10,273 bases of DNA from Candidatus Margulisiibacteriota bacterium (GCA_043816785.1 JBDRHP010000090.1:1-10273), one strand, 5' to 3'. Shown: positions 1-7,707, numbered from the stretch's first letter. Notes: generated from the sequence alone by a model not told the origin. Numbers and translations: made by a program.

Positions 1-1
1 C

Positions 2-496
2 TCGGGCGCTTCGGTTGCGGCAGGATTGACACTCGGATTTATTATCTTTAAGATCATTAGCTTTATTGGTTTTATTGTTCTGGTAGTCTTGGCACTCACC
101 TTCTTTCCTTCGCAACTGGCGCTTGTCTCAACTACCATTGAAAAAAATCTTCTCAAAACCTTTTTATACGGCCTGCTGGTCGCTGTGCTTTTTGTGCCTA
201 TCATTATCCTATTAGCCATATCTATTGCTGGCATCCCGCTGATCCCGATCTGGGCCCTGCTGGTTAGCGTGGGCTGCTTATTCGGCTACATCGCAGCCGC
301 ACACTATACAGGCAAAAAGGTGCTCAAAGCAGTTAAGATCAACAAAAAATCAGTTGTGACCGAAACCATAACCGGCATTGTCCTGCTGGCTTTAGTCAGC
401 TTAGTCCCCTTCCTGGGCGGACTGGTTAAACTGGTTGTCTCTCTCTGGGGCCTGGGTGCAGTTGCCCTAACGAGGTTTGGCACACAAAAAGCTTAA
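2..496 (+). CDS. Multi-pass membrane protein, 5'-truncated by the window; resembles the C-terminal membrane domain found on polymer-forming cytoskeletal (bactofilin-like) membrane proteins
   Basis: The frame is open from base 2 (SGASVAAGLTLGFII...), so the TTG at 26 is probably not the start. It has 4-5 hydrophobic segments with motifs 'LLAISIAGIPLIP', 'LVSLVPFLGGLVKLVVSLWGLGAV' and 'LTRFG' typical of this domain. Family assignment is from memory. Confidence 0.7.
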   Translation, partial: SGASVAAGLTLGFIIFKIISFIGFIVLVVLALTFFPSQLALVSTTIEKNLLKTFLYGLLVAVLFVPIIILLAISIAGIPLIPIWALLVSVGCLFGYIAAAHYTGKKVLKAVKINKKSVVTETITGIVLLALVSLVPFLGGLVKLVVSLWGLGAVALTRFGTQKA

Positions 497-913
497 GTGA
501 CAGAAACCTACGCTTTTATAATCAAGGACGGGCATTTTGAAAGCCTGCTCTATGCTTTTAACTTTGCCAGCATAGCCGCGGTCTCCAAAAAGAAAGTACG
601 CATCCTTTTCGTGGGCTGGGCAGCCAATAAATTGATCAAAGGCAATTTGGAGCAGATCGACCTGCCCAGCTCATTGAATGACAAGAAAAGTTCGTTCATT
701 GAACAGTTAAAAAAACACAAAATGCATAATCTGGAGGAATTATTAAAACTGGTTAGGTCAGCCGGTGATGTTAAAATCTTTGTTTGTACCCTGGCCGCCT
801 CTCTCTGGGGAGTTACCAGGGAAAACATGCTGCCTGAGGTAGATGATATTATCGGCTCGCCAAACTTTTTACTACAAGAAGCTAAAGACGCCAAACAGGT
901 CTGGACTTTTTAA
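497..913 (+). CDS. DsrE/DsrF/DrsH-like (DsrE2-type) protein, putative sulfur relay or peroxiredoxin-like
   Basis: 138 aa. Pattern 'AFNFASIAAVSKKKVRILFVGWA...LEELLKLVRSAGDVKIFVCTLAASLWGVTRENMLPEVDDIIGSPNFL' with the single family Cys in 'FVCT'. The GTG start directly follows the upstream TAA. Confidence 0.8.
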   Translation: MTETYAFIIKDGHFESLLYAFNFASIAAVSKKKVRILFVGWAANKLIKGNLEQIDLPSSLNDKKSSFIEQLKKHKMHNLEELLKLVRSAGDVKIFVCTLAASLWGVTRENMLPEVDDIIGSPNFLLQEAKDAKQVWTF

Positions 914-924
914 AGCTCAACAGC

Positions 925-1296
925 CTACCTTACAAACACGTGGATCAGCACAGTCCCCCAGATCGTCAAAACAACATTACCAACAGCATAAGGCACGGCA
1001 TAAGCCAGGGCCGGCACTGAGCTGCCAGCCTCTTCCTTGAGCGCATTTAAAGCCGGGGTAACGGTGCCTGCCCCGGTCAGGGCACCGAATAACAGCACCG
1101 GGTCAAGCTTTAGCACCACCCGGCCAAAGATCAAGCCAATGATCATCGGCATCAGGGAAAGAATTGCGCCGGCAATAAAAACCGTGCCACCTGTTGTTTG
1201 TATTGCTTCAACCGCCTTGGGCCCGGCAGTTAAACCCACGCAGGCAATAAAAAGATTTAAACCCAAATCAGTAAAGATCCATTGCGCGCCGCCGCT
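925..1296 (-). pseudogene. aspT: C-terminal remnant of a second aspartate-alanine antiporter paralog (aspT')
   Basis: By manual alignment, 78 of 113 aa (~69%) are identical to the C-terminus of the adjacent aspT. Homology extends upstream of the TTG at 1266 (SGGAQWIFTDLGLNLF vs PDGAQWIFDDLGLNLF) until an in-frame TAG at 1303-1305. No SD precedes the TTG and about 440 N-terminal aa are absent. Confidence 0.85.
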
Positions 1297-1304
1297 TAAT
1301 AACT

Positions 1305-1333
1305 ATTTTACACCTTGGCTGCACTTAGCACAA
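1305..1333 (-). promoter_or_regulatory. Putative sigma70-like promoter in front of the aspT' remnant
   Basis: Minus strand reads TTGTGC (1333-1328), 17 bp spacer, TAAAAT (1310-1305), within the short gap between aspT and aspT'. Confidence 0.45.
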
Positions 1334-1348
1334 ACCAGAATGAGTGAC

Positions 1349-3037
1349 CTAGCGAAAGCTCTGCATCACGTGAACGATTACCGTCCCCCAAATTGTCAGG
1401 ATGACATTGCCAAAAGCATAAGGAATGGCAAACCCCAGGGCTGGCGTTGAACTGTCAGCTTCATCCTTAATGGCATTTAATGACGGCGTGGCTGTGCCTG
1501 CTCCGGCCAATGCGCCGAACAGTAAGATCGGATTCATCTTAAGGATAACTCTGCCATAAACAATGCCAACCAACATTGGCACCACAGATAAGATTGCCCC
1601 GGCAAAGAAAACCGCACCGCCTGAAGTTCTTAAAGCATGGACTGCCTGCGGACCGGCAGTTAAACCAACACAAGCAATAAAAAGATTTAACCCCAGGTCA
1701 TCAAAAATCCATTGGGCCCCGTCTGGAATCTGCCCAAACGTCGGGTGAACTGCCCGCAGCCAGCCAAAAACCAGGCCGGAAACTAATACCCCTCCGCCAA
1801 CCCCTAAAGTCAGTGGTATGCCCAGGATCGTCACGGAGATAAGACCAATCAATGACCCAAGCACAATGCCAAACCCAACCATAATTAAATCAGTGGCAGA
1901 AGTGGGCCGTTCCACATAACCCAGATATTTAATATAGTCTTCTATCTCATCACGAATGCCCATCAGGACTAAAATATCGCATTTATGGATCACGGTATCG
2001 CGCAACAGCGGCAGGTTATTGCCCTGGCGGGAAATCCCGCGCAAAAAACAGCCATGGCCGATAATCTGGCCGAGCTCGCCCAGTGTTTTACCAACAATCT
2101 TCGGGTTGAGAACACAAACGCTGACAAATTCGCCGATCATGTTTATAAGTGTCTTGTCATCAATTTCCTGGCCAATAATATCTTTGGCCGCAACTATGCC
2201 CTTATAGCCGCCAGCAATTGCGATCTTGTCTCCAGGCTGCAGCGTTGTCTCTGGATTGTAGCCGATCAACTGGCTGCCGCGCTTGATTCTTTCAATCGCC
2301 ACCCTGCCCGGGAACAGAGCTTCAACCTGCTTAACAGTTTTTCCTAATAGATGTTGGTTGGTTACGTCAAAAGCGCGCACATTGACCATCTTATACCAGG
2401 AAAAATGCTCGGTGCTGTCCGGCTCTTCCCCGCCGGACATCTTGGCTTCCATTTCCTGCGCATCCTTTTTTAAATTAAAACCTAATATTTTGGGAATAAT
2501 TCTAAAGAATACAATTAAGCCGGCCACGCCAAAAATATAGGTGATCGCATACGCTACTGCCACATTACTTTGTAAAGCAGCTCGCTGCGCCGCAGAAATC
2601 GGCAAGCCCATAATTGCGCCATCTGCTGTGCCGATAACAGTTGACTGGGTCATTGCGCCGGCCAGGAGCCCGGCAGTGGTCCCGGGATCAAAATTAAAGA
2701 TCTTGCCCAGGATTAAAGCAGTCACCAATCCCGATACCGCCACAACCAGCGAGACCCAGATGTAATTCAATCCATCTTTTCTCAGCGCGCCGAAAAATGA
2801 CGGGCCGACCTTATAACCAATCGCAAAAATAAATAACGCAAATCCTACTGCCTGGAGCAATTCGTCCACTTTGATATTCATTTGCCCAATAACCAGGGCA
2901 GCTAATAGCACGCCGGCAGTAGACCCGAGGGTAAAACCATAAATTTTTATTTTGCCCACATAGTAGCCAATTGCTATAGCCAGAAAAATCGCGATTTGGG
3001 GATATGTTTGGCAAATATTAACGAAAAGATCAAACAT
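1349..3037 (-). CDS. aspT: Aspartate:alanine antiporter (AAEx/YidE family)
   Basis: 562 aa. Two hydrophobic YidE-type halves ('ALFIFAIGYKVGPSFF', 'AGLLAGAMTQSTVIGTA', 'VAYAITYIFG'; 'LGLNLFIACVGLTAG', 'GALAGAGTATPSL', 'PYAFGNVILTIWG') flank a soluble region consistent with TrkA-C domains. It lies directly downstream of aspD with SD AAGGAGG. Confidence 0.95.
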   Translation of the reverse strand: MFDLFVNICQTYPQIAIFLAIAIGYYVGKIKIYGFTLGSTAGVLLAALVIGQMNIKVDELLQAVGFALFIFAIGYKVGPSFFGALRKDGLNYIWVSLVVAVSGLVTALILGKIFNFDPGTTAGLLAGAMTQSTVIGTADGAIMGLPISAAQRAALQSNVAVAYAITYIFGVAGLIVFFRIIPKILGFNLKKDAQEMEAKMSGGEEPDSTEHFSWYKMVNVRAFDVTNQHLLGKTVKQVEALFPGRVAIERIKRGSQLIGYNPETTLQPGDKIAIAGGYKGIVAAKDIIGQEIDDKTLINMIGEFVSVCVLNPKIVGKTLGELGQIIGHGCFLRGISRQGNNLPLLRDTVIHKCDILVLMGIRDEIEDYIKYLGYVERPTSATDLIMVGFGIVLGSLIGLISVTILGIPLTLGVGGGVLVSGLVFGWLRAVHPTFGQIPDGAQWIFDDLGLNLFIACVGLTAGPQAVHALRTSGGAVFFAGAILSVVPMLVGIVYGRVILKMNPILLFGALAGAGTATPSLNAIKDEADSSTPALGFAIPYAFGNVILTIWGTVIVHVMQSFR

Positions 3038-3041
3038 GGTT

Positions 3042-4625
3042 TTAACCCTCCTTATATTCTTTTTGGTATTGTTCTAATAAACCGCTGATGGCCTTCCCGA
3101 TCTTGGCATAAGCTTCGTCAGGCAAATTAGCCAGAGAAACCCGTACTGACATGTTGGGCGCGTCAAAACCGCCCCCATCCATTAAAACAACCTTTTTCTC
3201 TTCAGCTAAACGCCAGACAAAGTCTATTGGCTCATGCTGTTTGACCATAAAATCAGCAAACGCTTTCCCATACCTCTGGGCCGCGAGTTTTGGAATATCT
3301 ATGGTCGTGTAATAGCGCGCGTCTAATTCATGCTCAGGGCAAGGAATGCCAACGGCCTTATAAAGTGTTTCGAATCGCTGTTTAACAATTGACTGGGCTT
3401 CTTTTTTATAATCGTCCTTTTTGTCGATCAAACAGTAAAGCGAGAATAAGGTCATTAAGACCTGTTGTGGGGTTGATAAGCCTGCCGTATGGTGAAGAGC
3501 AACTGACCGGCTGTCCGCCACCATGCGGTCGATCAGCTTCATATTATCCGGATCAAGTTCAACCGTACTATAGCGCTGATGCAGTTCTTGAAGGTCTTTC
3601 TTGGGCAGCTGCTTGATCATTTTATCAAAGACATTGTTTTCGTGCAGGCCAATAACACCGAGCCGCCAGCCAGTAGCACCGAAATATTTGGAAAAAGAAT
3701 ATACCAGGATGGTGTTAAGCGGCGCCACGGCAGCCAGCGACTTAAAATCATTCACAAAAGTGCCGTAAACATCATCAGTCAGCAGGATCAGATCTTTGCG
3801 CTTGGTCCTGACCAGTTCCCCTATCTTGTCCAAAGATTTCTGGTGCATGGCCACGGAGGTCGGGTTTGACGGATGGACCAAAAAGAAGGCCTTTACTTTT
3901 GGGTCTTCCAGCTTGGCGATCTCAGAATCAGGATACTGCCAGTCATCGTTCTCGTCCTGGACAATTTGCAATTCAATGAATTCATAATCGTTCAAGCGCG
4001 GGATCTCAATATAAGGAGTAAAGATCGGGGTGCCCAGGGCGATCTTATCACCCTTGTGGCTTAGTTTATTCTCCATCAAAGAAGAAAAAATATAATCCAT
4101 GGCCGCGGTGCCGCCCTCGGTGGCAAAAAGGTCAAACTTGCCGCCCGGGACTTTGCCTTTGAACATTTCCTGCTCAAGATACTTATGCACGATCTGTTCA
4201 CAGATGGCCAGCATGCGGTCAGGGGTCGGGTAATGGTCTCCAAGGATGGCATCAACCATCTCCAGAATAAAATCATCAGCATTGATCTTTAGCTCTTTGG
4301 TCACGTAAGCATAAGCATCTTTAAGGAAGTTAACCTCCGGGATTTGGGCATTCTGCTTTAAAAATTGCTCAAATCTTTTGGCTATCCCCTCTTTTTCCGG
4401 CGGACCACCCAAACGAGGCCGATGCGGTTTTCGCTCTGATTCACCAACCGCAAACAGACCAAACTGGAAAAACCCCTTTCGTGGGATCATTGTCACCCAG
4501 TTGGGATTGCCGCGGCCGGCATTGAGCATCATCTTCTCATCAGGCAATTTAGCCATCTTGATCAATTTGTCCTTTAACTCAAAAGGGCTCAAGGCTTCAT
4601 ATTTTTTTTCCTCAGCACGTGTCAT
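3042..4625 (-). CDS. aspD: L-aspartate 4-decarboxylase (aspartate beta-decarboxylase, PLP-dependent)
   Basis: 527 aa with hallmark motifs 'LSPFELKDKLI', 'MLNAGRGNPNW', 'LFATEGGTAAM', 'LTDDVYGTF', the PLP-lysine motif 'SFSKYFGATGWRLG' and 'HTAGLSTPQQV'. SD AAGGAG lies upstream and the gene is adjacent to aspT. Confidence 0.97.
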   Translation of the reverse strand: MTRAEEKKYEALSPFELKDKLIKMAKLPDEKMMLNAGRGNPNWVTMIPRKGFFQFGLFAVGESERKPHRPRLGGPPEKEGIAKRFEQFLKQNAQIPEVNFLKDAYAYVTKELKINADDFILEMVDAILGDHYPTPDRMLAICEQIVHKYLEQEMFKGKVPGGKFDLFATEGGTAAMDYIFSSLMENKLSHKGDKIALGTPIFTPYIEIPRLNDYEFIELQIVQDENDDWQYPDSEIAKLEDPKVKAFFLVHPSNPTSVAMHQKSLDKIGELVRTKRKDLILLTDDVYGTFVNDFKSLAAVAPLNTILVYSFSKYFGATGWRLGVIGLHENNVFDKMIKQLPKKDLQELHQRYSTVELDPDNMKLIDRMVADSRSVALHHTAGLSTPQQVLMTLFSLYCLIDKKDDYKKEAQSIVKQRFETLYKAVGIPCPEHELDARYYTTIDIPKLAAQRYGKAFADFMVKQHEPIDFVWRLAEEKKVVLMDGGGFDAPNMSVRVSLANLPDEAYAKIGKAISGLLEQYQKEYKEG

Positions 4626-4627
4626 AA

Positions 4628-5212
4628 TTATTTACTCCTTTCGCTTATCTCATCGATCACAGCAACTTGGCCGTCTAAAAAGCGAACGCGCACATCATTA
4701 TAATTATAGTCAAAAGAACCAAGCGGGCCAAGCACATCAACACTTTCCGGCTCGCCCAGGATCTTCTTGACCTCTGCTTCAGTCATGCCGCCTTTAATCC
4801 CGTGTTTGCCAACTTCATACAAGTGAACTATTTCGCTAACCCCTAACCCCTTATCCACTTCCTTACTACGTTTCACCCTATAAACCTTCTCAGTCACATA
4901 TGTACCCCAGGGCCTTTTATGTTTTTGCGGGTTGGGCTCAAAGCGCGCGCTAAAGAATATAAGATAGTCGGCATCAAATTCCTCAAAGAACCAGTTTAAC
5001 TGGTCATCTTTGGCAGCAGCTTCCCTGGCCTTTCTCACTTCGTCATACGAAAGATCAAGGATATCTTTGCCTGCTATGCCAGTAAAGCGGACCCCGTCTA
5101 ATCCTTGGGGAATAATATGTTTTTTATTTTCCATCACAGCCTCTTCCTTGCAGCCCAGGCTTGAGAACAAATTTATTAGCAACAACACTAAAACCAGCGC
5201 GTATTTCCACAT
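4628..5212 (-). CDS. Hypothetical lipoprotein with a C-terminal SmpA/OmlA/BamE-like (BLIP-like) motif
   Basis: ATG at 5212 gives MWKYALVLVLLLINLFSSLG-C, a signal peptide II with lipobox. C-terminal 'IKGGMTEAEVKKILGEPESV...YNYNDVRVRFLDGQVAVI' fits the GMT-x2-EV-x2-ILG-x-P pattern. Its stop is 2 bp from the aspD ATG and its last codons hold the aspD SD. Confidence 0.7.
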   Translation of the reverse strand: MWKYALVLVLLLINLFSSLGCKEEAVMENKKHIIPQGLDGVRFTGIAGKDILDLSYDEVRKAREAAAKDDQLNWFFEEFDADYLIFFSARFEPNPQKHKRPWGTYVTEKVYRVKRSKEVDKGLGVSEIVHLYEVGKHGIKGGMTEAEVKKILGEPESVDVLGPLGSFDYNYNDVRVRFLDGQVAVIDEISERSK

Positions 5213-5222
5213 GTTTTTTAGG

Positions 5223-5251
5223 ATAGTACCATTATCATCAACGCATTTCAA
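5223..5251 (-). promoter_or_regulatory. Putative sigma70 promoter for the lipoprotein-aspD-aspT operon (extended -10, near-leaderless)
   Basis: TTGAAA (5251-5246), 17 bp spacer ending in TGg, TACTAT (5228-5223). The ATG at 5212 follows after 10 nt with no SD. Confidence 0.6.
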
Positions 5252-5258
5252 TCAAACA

Positions 5259-5287
5259 TTGCGGCGCTTAGAGAAAAATGCTACTAT
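5259..5287 (+). promoter_or_regulatory. Putative sigma70 promoter for 5297..5911 (extended -10, near-leaderless)
   Basis: TTGCGG (5259-5264), 17 bp spacer ending in TGc, TACTAT (5282-5287). The ATG at 5297 follows after 9 nt with no SD. Confidence 0.6.
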
Positions 5288-5296
5288 CTTTCCACT

Positions 5297-5911
5297 ATGA
5301 AATATCTAAAATATCTTTTGCTCGCAGTCGTGGTCCTGATTATTATCTACTCATATTTTGCAACTATCGCTCCTTCGGGCCCACGGGTCAGCGTTAAAAA
5401 ACATCCCGACTACAAAGAAACAACTTACTCGATCATTGATCTGAACGGCCAGACGATCAGCCTGACCACTTATCAGACAGAACTGAACAAAGGGATATTG
5501 CGCTTGCGTTCAAACTCAACCCTGCCGCTTGAACAGCAGATCGCTCTATTGTCAAAAATCCTGGTCCGGGTATTAAAAGATGAAAACAAGGCCGAGCTCC
5601 ATGCCCTGTCAATTGGCAGATTGCTCTATGCCTTTGGCCAGGATAAGACAATGTCAGAAAGGCTGGCTCTGGCAGCTGAAAAATCATTGCTTTGGGATAA
5701 AACAACAGGTAAACCGGTTTCAGGGCATGAAAATAACGCTGTGGTTAAACTGGCCAACACTGCCATGATCTATCCAGAGTTAAAAGAGCTGTTTGCCAAA
5801 CACGGGCTGGCCTTAGAATTTGCCAGCGCGGAAAAAGTCCTGATCAGTAATGAGCTAAAGCCTCCAGCCAAACTGCCTTATGACTGCCTGACCTGGTTCT
5901 CGATCAAATAG
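5297..5911 (+). CDS. Hypothetical protein with an N-terminal membrane anchor or signal peptide
   Basis: 204-aa ORF filling the gap between flanking genes. Starts MKYLKYLLLAVVVLIIIYSYF (basic then hydrophobic), followed by a soluble domain. No family recognised. Confidence 0.75.
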   Translation: MKYLKYLLLAVVVLIIIYSYFATIAPSGPRVSVKKHPDYKETTYSIIDLNGQTISLTTYQTELNKGILRLRSNSTLPLEQQIALLSKILVRVLKDENKAELHALSIGRLLYAFGQDKTMSERLALAAEKSLLWDKTTGKPVSGHENNAVVKLANTAMIYPELKELFAKHGLALEFASAEKVLISNELKPPAKLPYDCLTWFSIK

Positions 5912-5913
5912 CT

Positions 5914-7113
5914 TTATTCCTCTACAGCATACCAAAGGTCGGAGCCATTCCCCTCTTCAAAACTGATGTGCATATTCCCGTTAGTGTCCAGGGCAATGGA
6001 TGAATACATGCCGATGTTAGCCGTTTCGCTGCCGCTTTTTACCTCTTTGATGCTCCAGCTGCCGCCAACATAATAAGCAACCTTTAAGGCCGTAGACAAA
6101 CCAGACGATGTGTAATCTTTATGATAAGAAATGAAAAGATTATTCGAGCTATCGATTGCTAAAGAAGTATAACCGCCATCGCTGCCAATGCCCGCGCCGG
6201 GAACGACCTCATCCACCCAGGCACCGGTCGCATTGGTTGTGTGTTTCAGTTCACTATCAACAGAATTGTAGTATGAAATATGCGCTTTGTTGCTGCTGTC
6301 TAATTTAAGCGATATTGATCTAAAAACTACTCCACTATCGGCCGTACCCGCACTGGACCAAGAACCAGCTGTGCCAGTACGATAATAAAGGTTGGCACCT
6401 ATCTGATAGGCTATGTACACATTATTAGTAGCTTGATCAATGGCTATCGATGTCGTTGAAGGCGAGCCAGAGGCATCAGCCACTTCGGTAACCCATCCGC
6501 CTGAGGCATTGGTCGCATATTTTACATCACTGTTGGTCAGATCCCGGTAAACAATGTGAGCTTTGCCATTGCTATCAACAGCTATTGAATTAGCGTACCC
6601 AACACTGCCGCTTGAATCAACTGTTTCTTTGTTGGTCCAAGTGCTGGTGCCGTCAGCCTTGTAAGCATATTTGAGATATAAATTGGTAGTATCATAATAT
6701 GCGACATGCAGGCCGTTGCTGCCATCAATGGCCATGGCAGCATCTCCAATGCCCACACTAACGATCGTTGTAGTGACCCAGCTGCCGGAAACATTGGTCG
6801 TGTACAGCAAACTGGTACTTGCGCTATGCACAATATGGACCTTGTTGTTGCTGTCCACAGCGATCGATGAGTACTGTCCGGAAGCGCCTGAATCATGAAT
6901 TTCTGAAACCGTAAAATCATAAGTGCGAACTGTTGTTGTCGTGGTCGTGCCAGTCCCACCAGTTGTGGTCGTCCCTCCATTAGTTGTCGTAGTTGTTGTG
7001 TCATCACTAGTAACTGCATTGCAGCCGCTAAAGAGCATTAAACCTGCTCCCAGGAACGGGATCATCGCCAGGCCAAGCAGAATAGAAACCTTTTTATTCT
7101 TAAACAAACTCAC
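5914..7113 (-). CDS. Surface lipoprotein with a Thr/Gly-rich linker and a 7-repeat beta-propeller domain
   Basis: GTG start with SD AGGAGG. Lipobox LFSG-C31. Seven ~45-50-aa repeats of consensus S(I/L)A(V/I)DSNxxxH(I/V)xY...LxYxTNxxGxW. Confidence 0.85.
   Translation of the reverse strand: MSLFKNKKVSILLGLAMIPFLGAGLMLFSGCNAVTSDDTTTTTTNGGTTTTGGTGTTTTTTVRTYDFTVSEIHDSGASGQYSSIAVDSNNKVHIVHSASTSLLYTTNVSGSWVTTTIVSVGIGDAAMAIDGSNGLHVAYYDTTNLYLKYAYKADGTSTWTNKETVDSSGSVGYANSIAVDSNGKAHIVYRDLTNSDVKYATNASGGWVTEVADASGSPSTTSIAIDQATNNVYIAYQIGANLYYRTGTAGSWSSAGTADSGVVFRSISLKLDSSNKAHISYYNSVDSELKHTTNATGAWVDEVVPGAGIGSDGGYTSLAIDSSNNLFISYHKDYTSSGLSTALKVAYYVGGSWSIKEVKSGSETANIGMYSSIALDTNGNMHISFEEGNGSDLWYAVEE
6931..6999 (-). 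repeat. Low-complexity ACN-codon tract encoding TTTTTTNGGTTTTGGTGTTTTTT
   Basis: Degenerate gtt/gtc/gtg/gta trinucleotide runs on the + strand, encoding aa 39-61 of the lipoprotein. Confidence 0.85.
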
Positions 7114-7481
7114 GATTTCCCTCCTGCTTTTTTTCTAGTAAAAGTTCCTACCAGATAGGTCACCATAAAGATCGAAATAAACGGGATCCAGGTGCCCAGC
7201 GGGCTTAAGAACATGCGGTAACTTTTTTCAATGAACTGGGCTACGACCACTACGTCCAAAACAACGGCAAAGACAAAGAAAATCACAGCTGTTTCCAATG
7301 GCGTGGTGTAATTAAATTTCTTAAAGTAGATAAGAGAGACAAGGCCAAAAATGATCGGGACCAGGATGGCATGAATGATCAAAGTGTTTCCCATGGACGT
7401 GTAGGTCCTGCCGATACCAATGATCGAACCGCAAAGCGCCCAGCCGATCAAAGCGTGGATCCCGATAGTAAATGATCGCAT
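7110..7481 (-). CDS. Hypothetical 4-TM membrane protein
   Basis: 123 aa with four hydrophobic segments. SD GGGAGG lies upstream. Its stop overlaps the GTG of the propeller lipoprotein (GTGA). Confidence 0.8.
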   Translation of the reverse strand: MRSFTIGIHALIGWALCGSIIGIGRTYTSMGNTLIIHAILVPIIFGLVSLIYFKKFNYTTPLETAVIFFVFAVVLDVVVVAQFIEKSYRMFLSPLGTWIPFISIFMVTYLVGTFTRKKAGGKS

Positions 7482-7505
7482 TCTCTCGCCTCCCTACTGA
7501 AGAAA

Positions 7506-7534
7506 ATTTTACGCTATTTACTTATTATAAGCAA
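7506..7534 (-). promoter_or_regulatory. Putative sigma70 promoter for the membrane protein plus propeller lipoprotein pair
   Basis: TTGCTT (7534-7529), 17 bp spacer, TAAAAT (7511-7506), followed by SD GGGAGG and the ATG at 7481. Confidence 0.5.
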
Positions 7535-7537
7535 CAC

Positions 7538-7696
7538 TTATTGCTTTTTTGCTTTACGCTTAGCCGCCTTGAGCATTCGCTCAAAAGCCTGATCAGCTGT
7601 CCTGCCTTCAGTAATGTTATTTTGATATAGTGCTGCGTAGCCTGTGCGATTGCGCATCTTAAAGATTTGGACCTTGCTTCTTTTCAATTCTCCCAT
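7538..7696 (-). CDS. Small basic protein (52 aa) not in the ORF track
   Basis: Manual translation: MGELKRSKVQIFKMRNRTGYAALYQNNITEGRTADQAFERMLKAAKRKAKKQ*. SD AGGAGGTG (7709-7702) lies 5 nt before the ATG. The ORF fills an otherwise empty gap. Confidence 0.8.
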   Translation of the reverse strand: MGELKRSKVQIFKMRNRTGYAALYQNNITEGRTADQAFERMLKAAKRKAKKQ

Positions 7697-7707
7697 ATCA
7701 ACACCTC

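Noticed and set aside
1037..2765. Plus-strand ORFs antisense to aspT/aspT', two sharing 'GPAVKPTQAIKRF'
   Set aside because: These are shadow ORFs. The shared peptide only mirrors the aspT duplication on the minus strand.
3860..4070. Atypical residues in AspD (FLVHPSNP where N is usual; ENKLSHKGD) as signs of pseudogenisation
   Set aside because: The frame is full length and the PLP-lysine and other core motifs are intact. This cannot be judged without an alignment.
5213..5251. ORF-track N-terminal extension (TTG at 5251, MKCVDDNGTILKN) of the lipoprotein
   Set aside because: The TTG is the predicted -35 box and the extension spans the promoter. ATG 5212 gives a clean signal peptide II.
3389..5300. 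Short ORFs overlapping aspD and the lipoprotein on other frames or the opposite strand
   Set aside because: They overlap well-supported genes and show no RBS or recognisable motifs.
6931..6999. Thr tract as a CRISPR array or contingency VNTR
   Set aside because: Third codon positions vary, so the repeat acts at protein level. There is no repeat-spacer structure.
6582..7138. Alternative-frame ORFs over the propeller gene, including the poly-Val ORF 6923..7138
   Set aside because: The poly-Val is the antisense reading of the Thr-codon tract, with no independent support.
7529..7550. Hairpin AAGCAA-cactta-TTGCTT followed by a T run as an intrinsic terminator
   Set aside because: The stem is short and AT-rich. 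The T run is on the + strand where no gene ends, and it is explained by the Lys codons of the 52-aa ORF.
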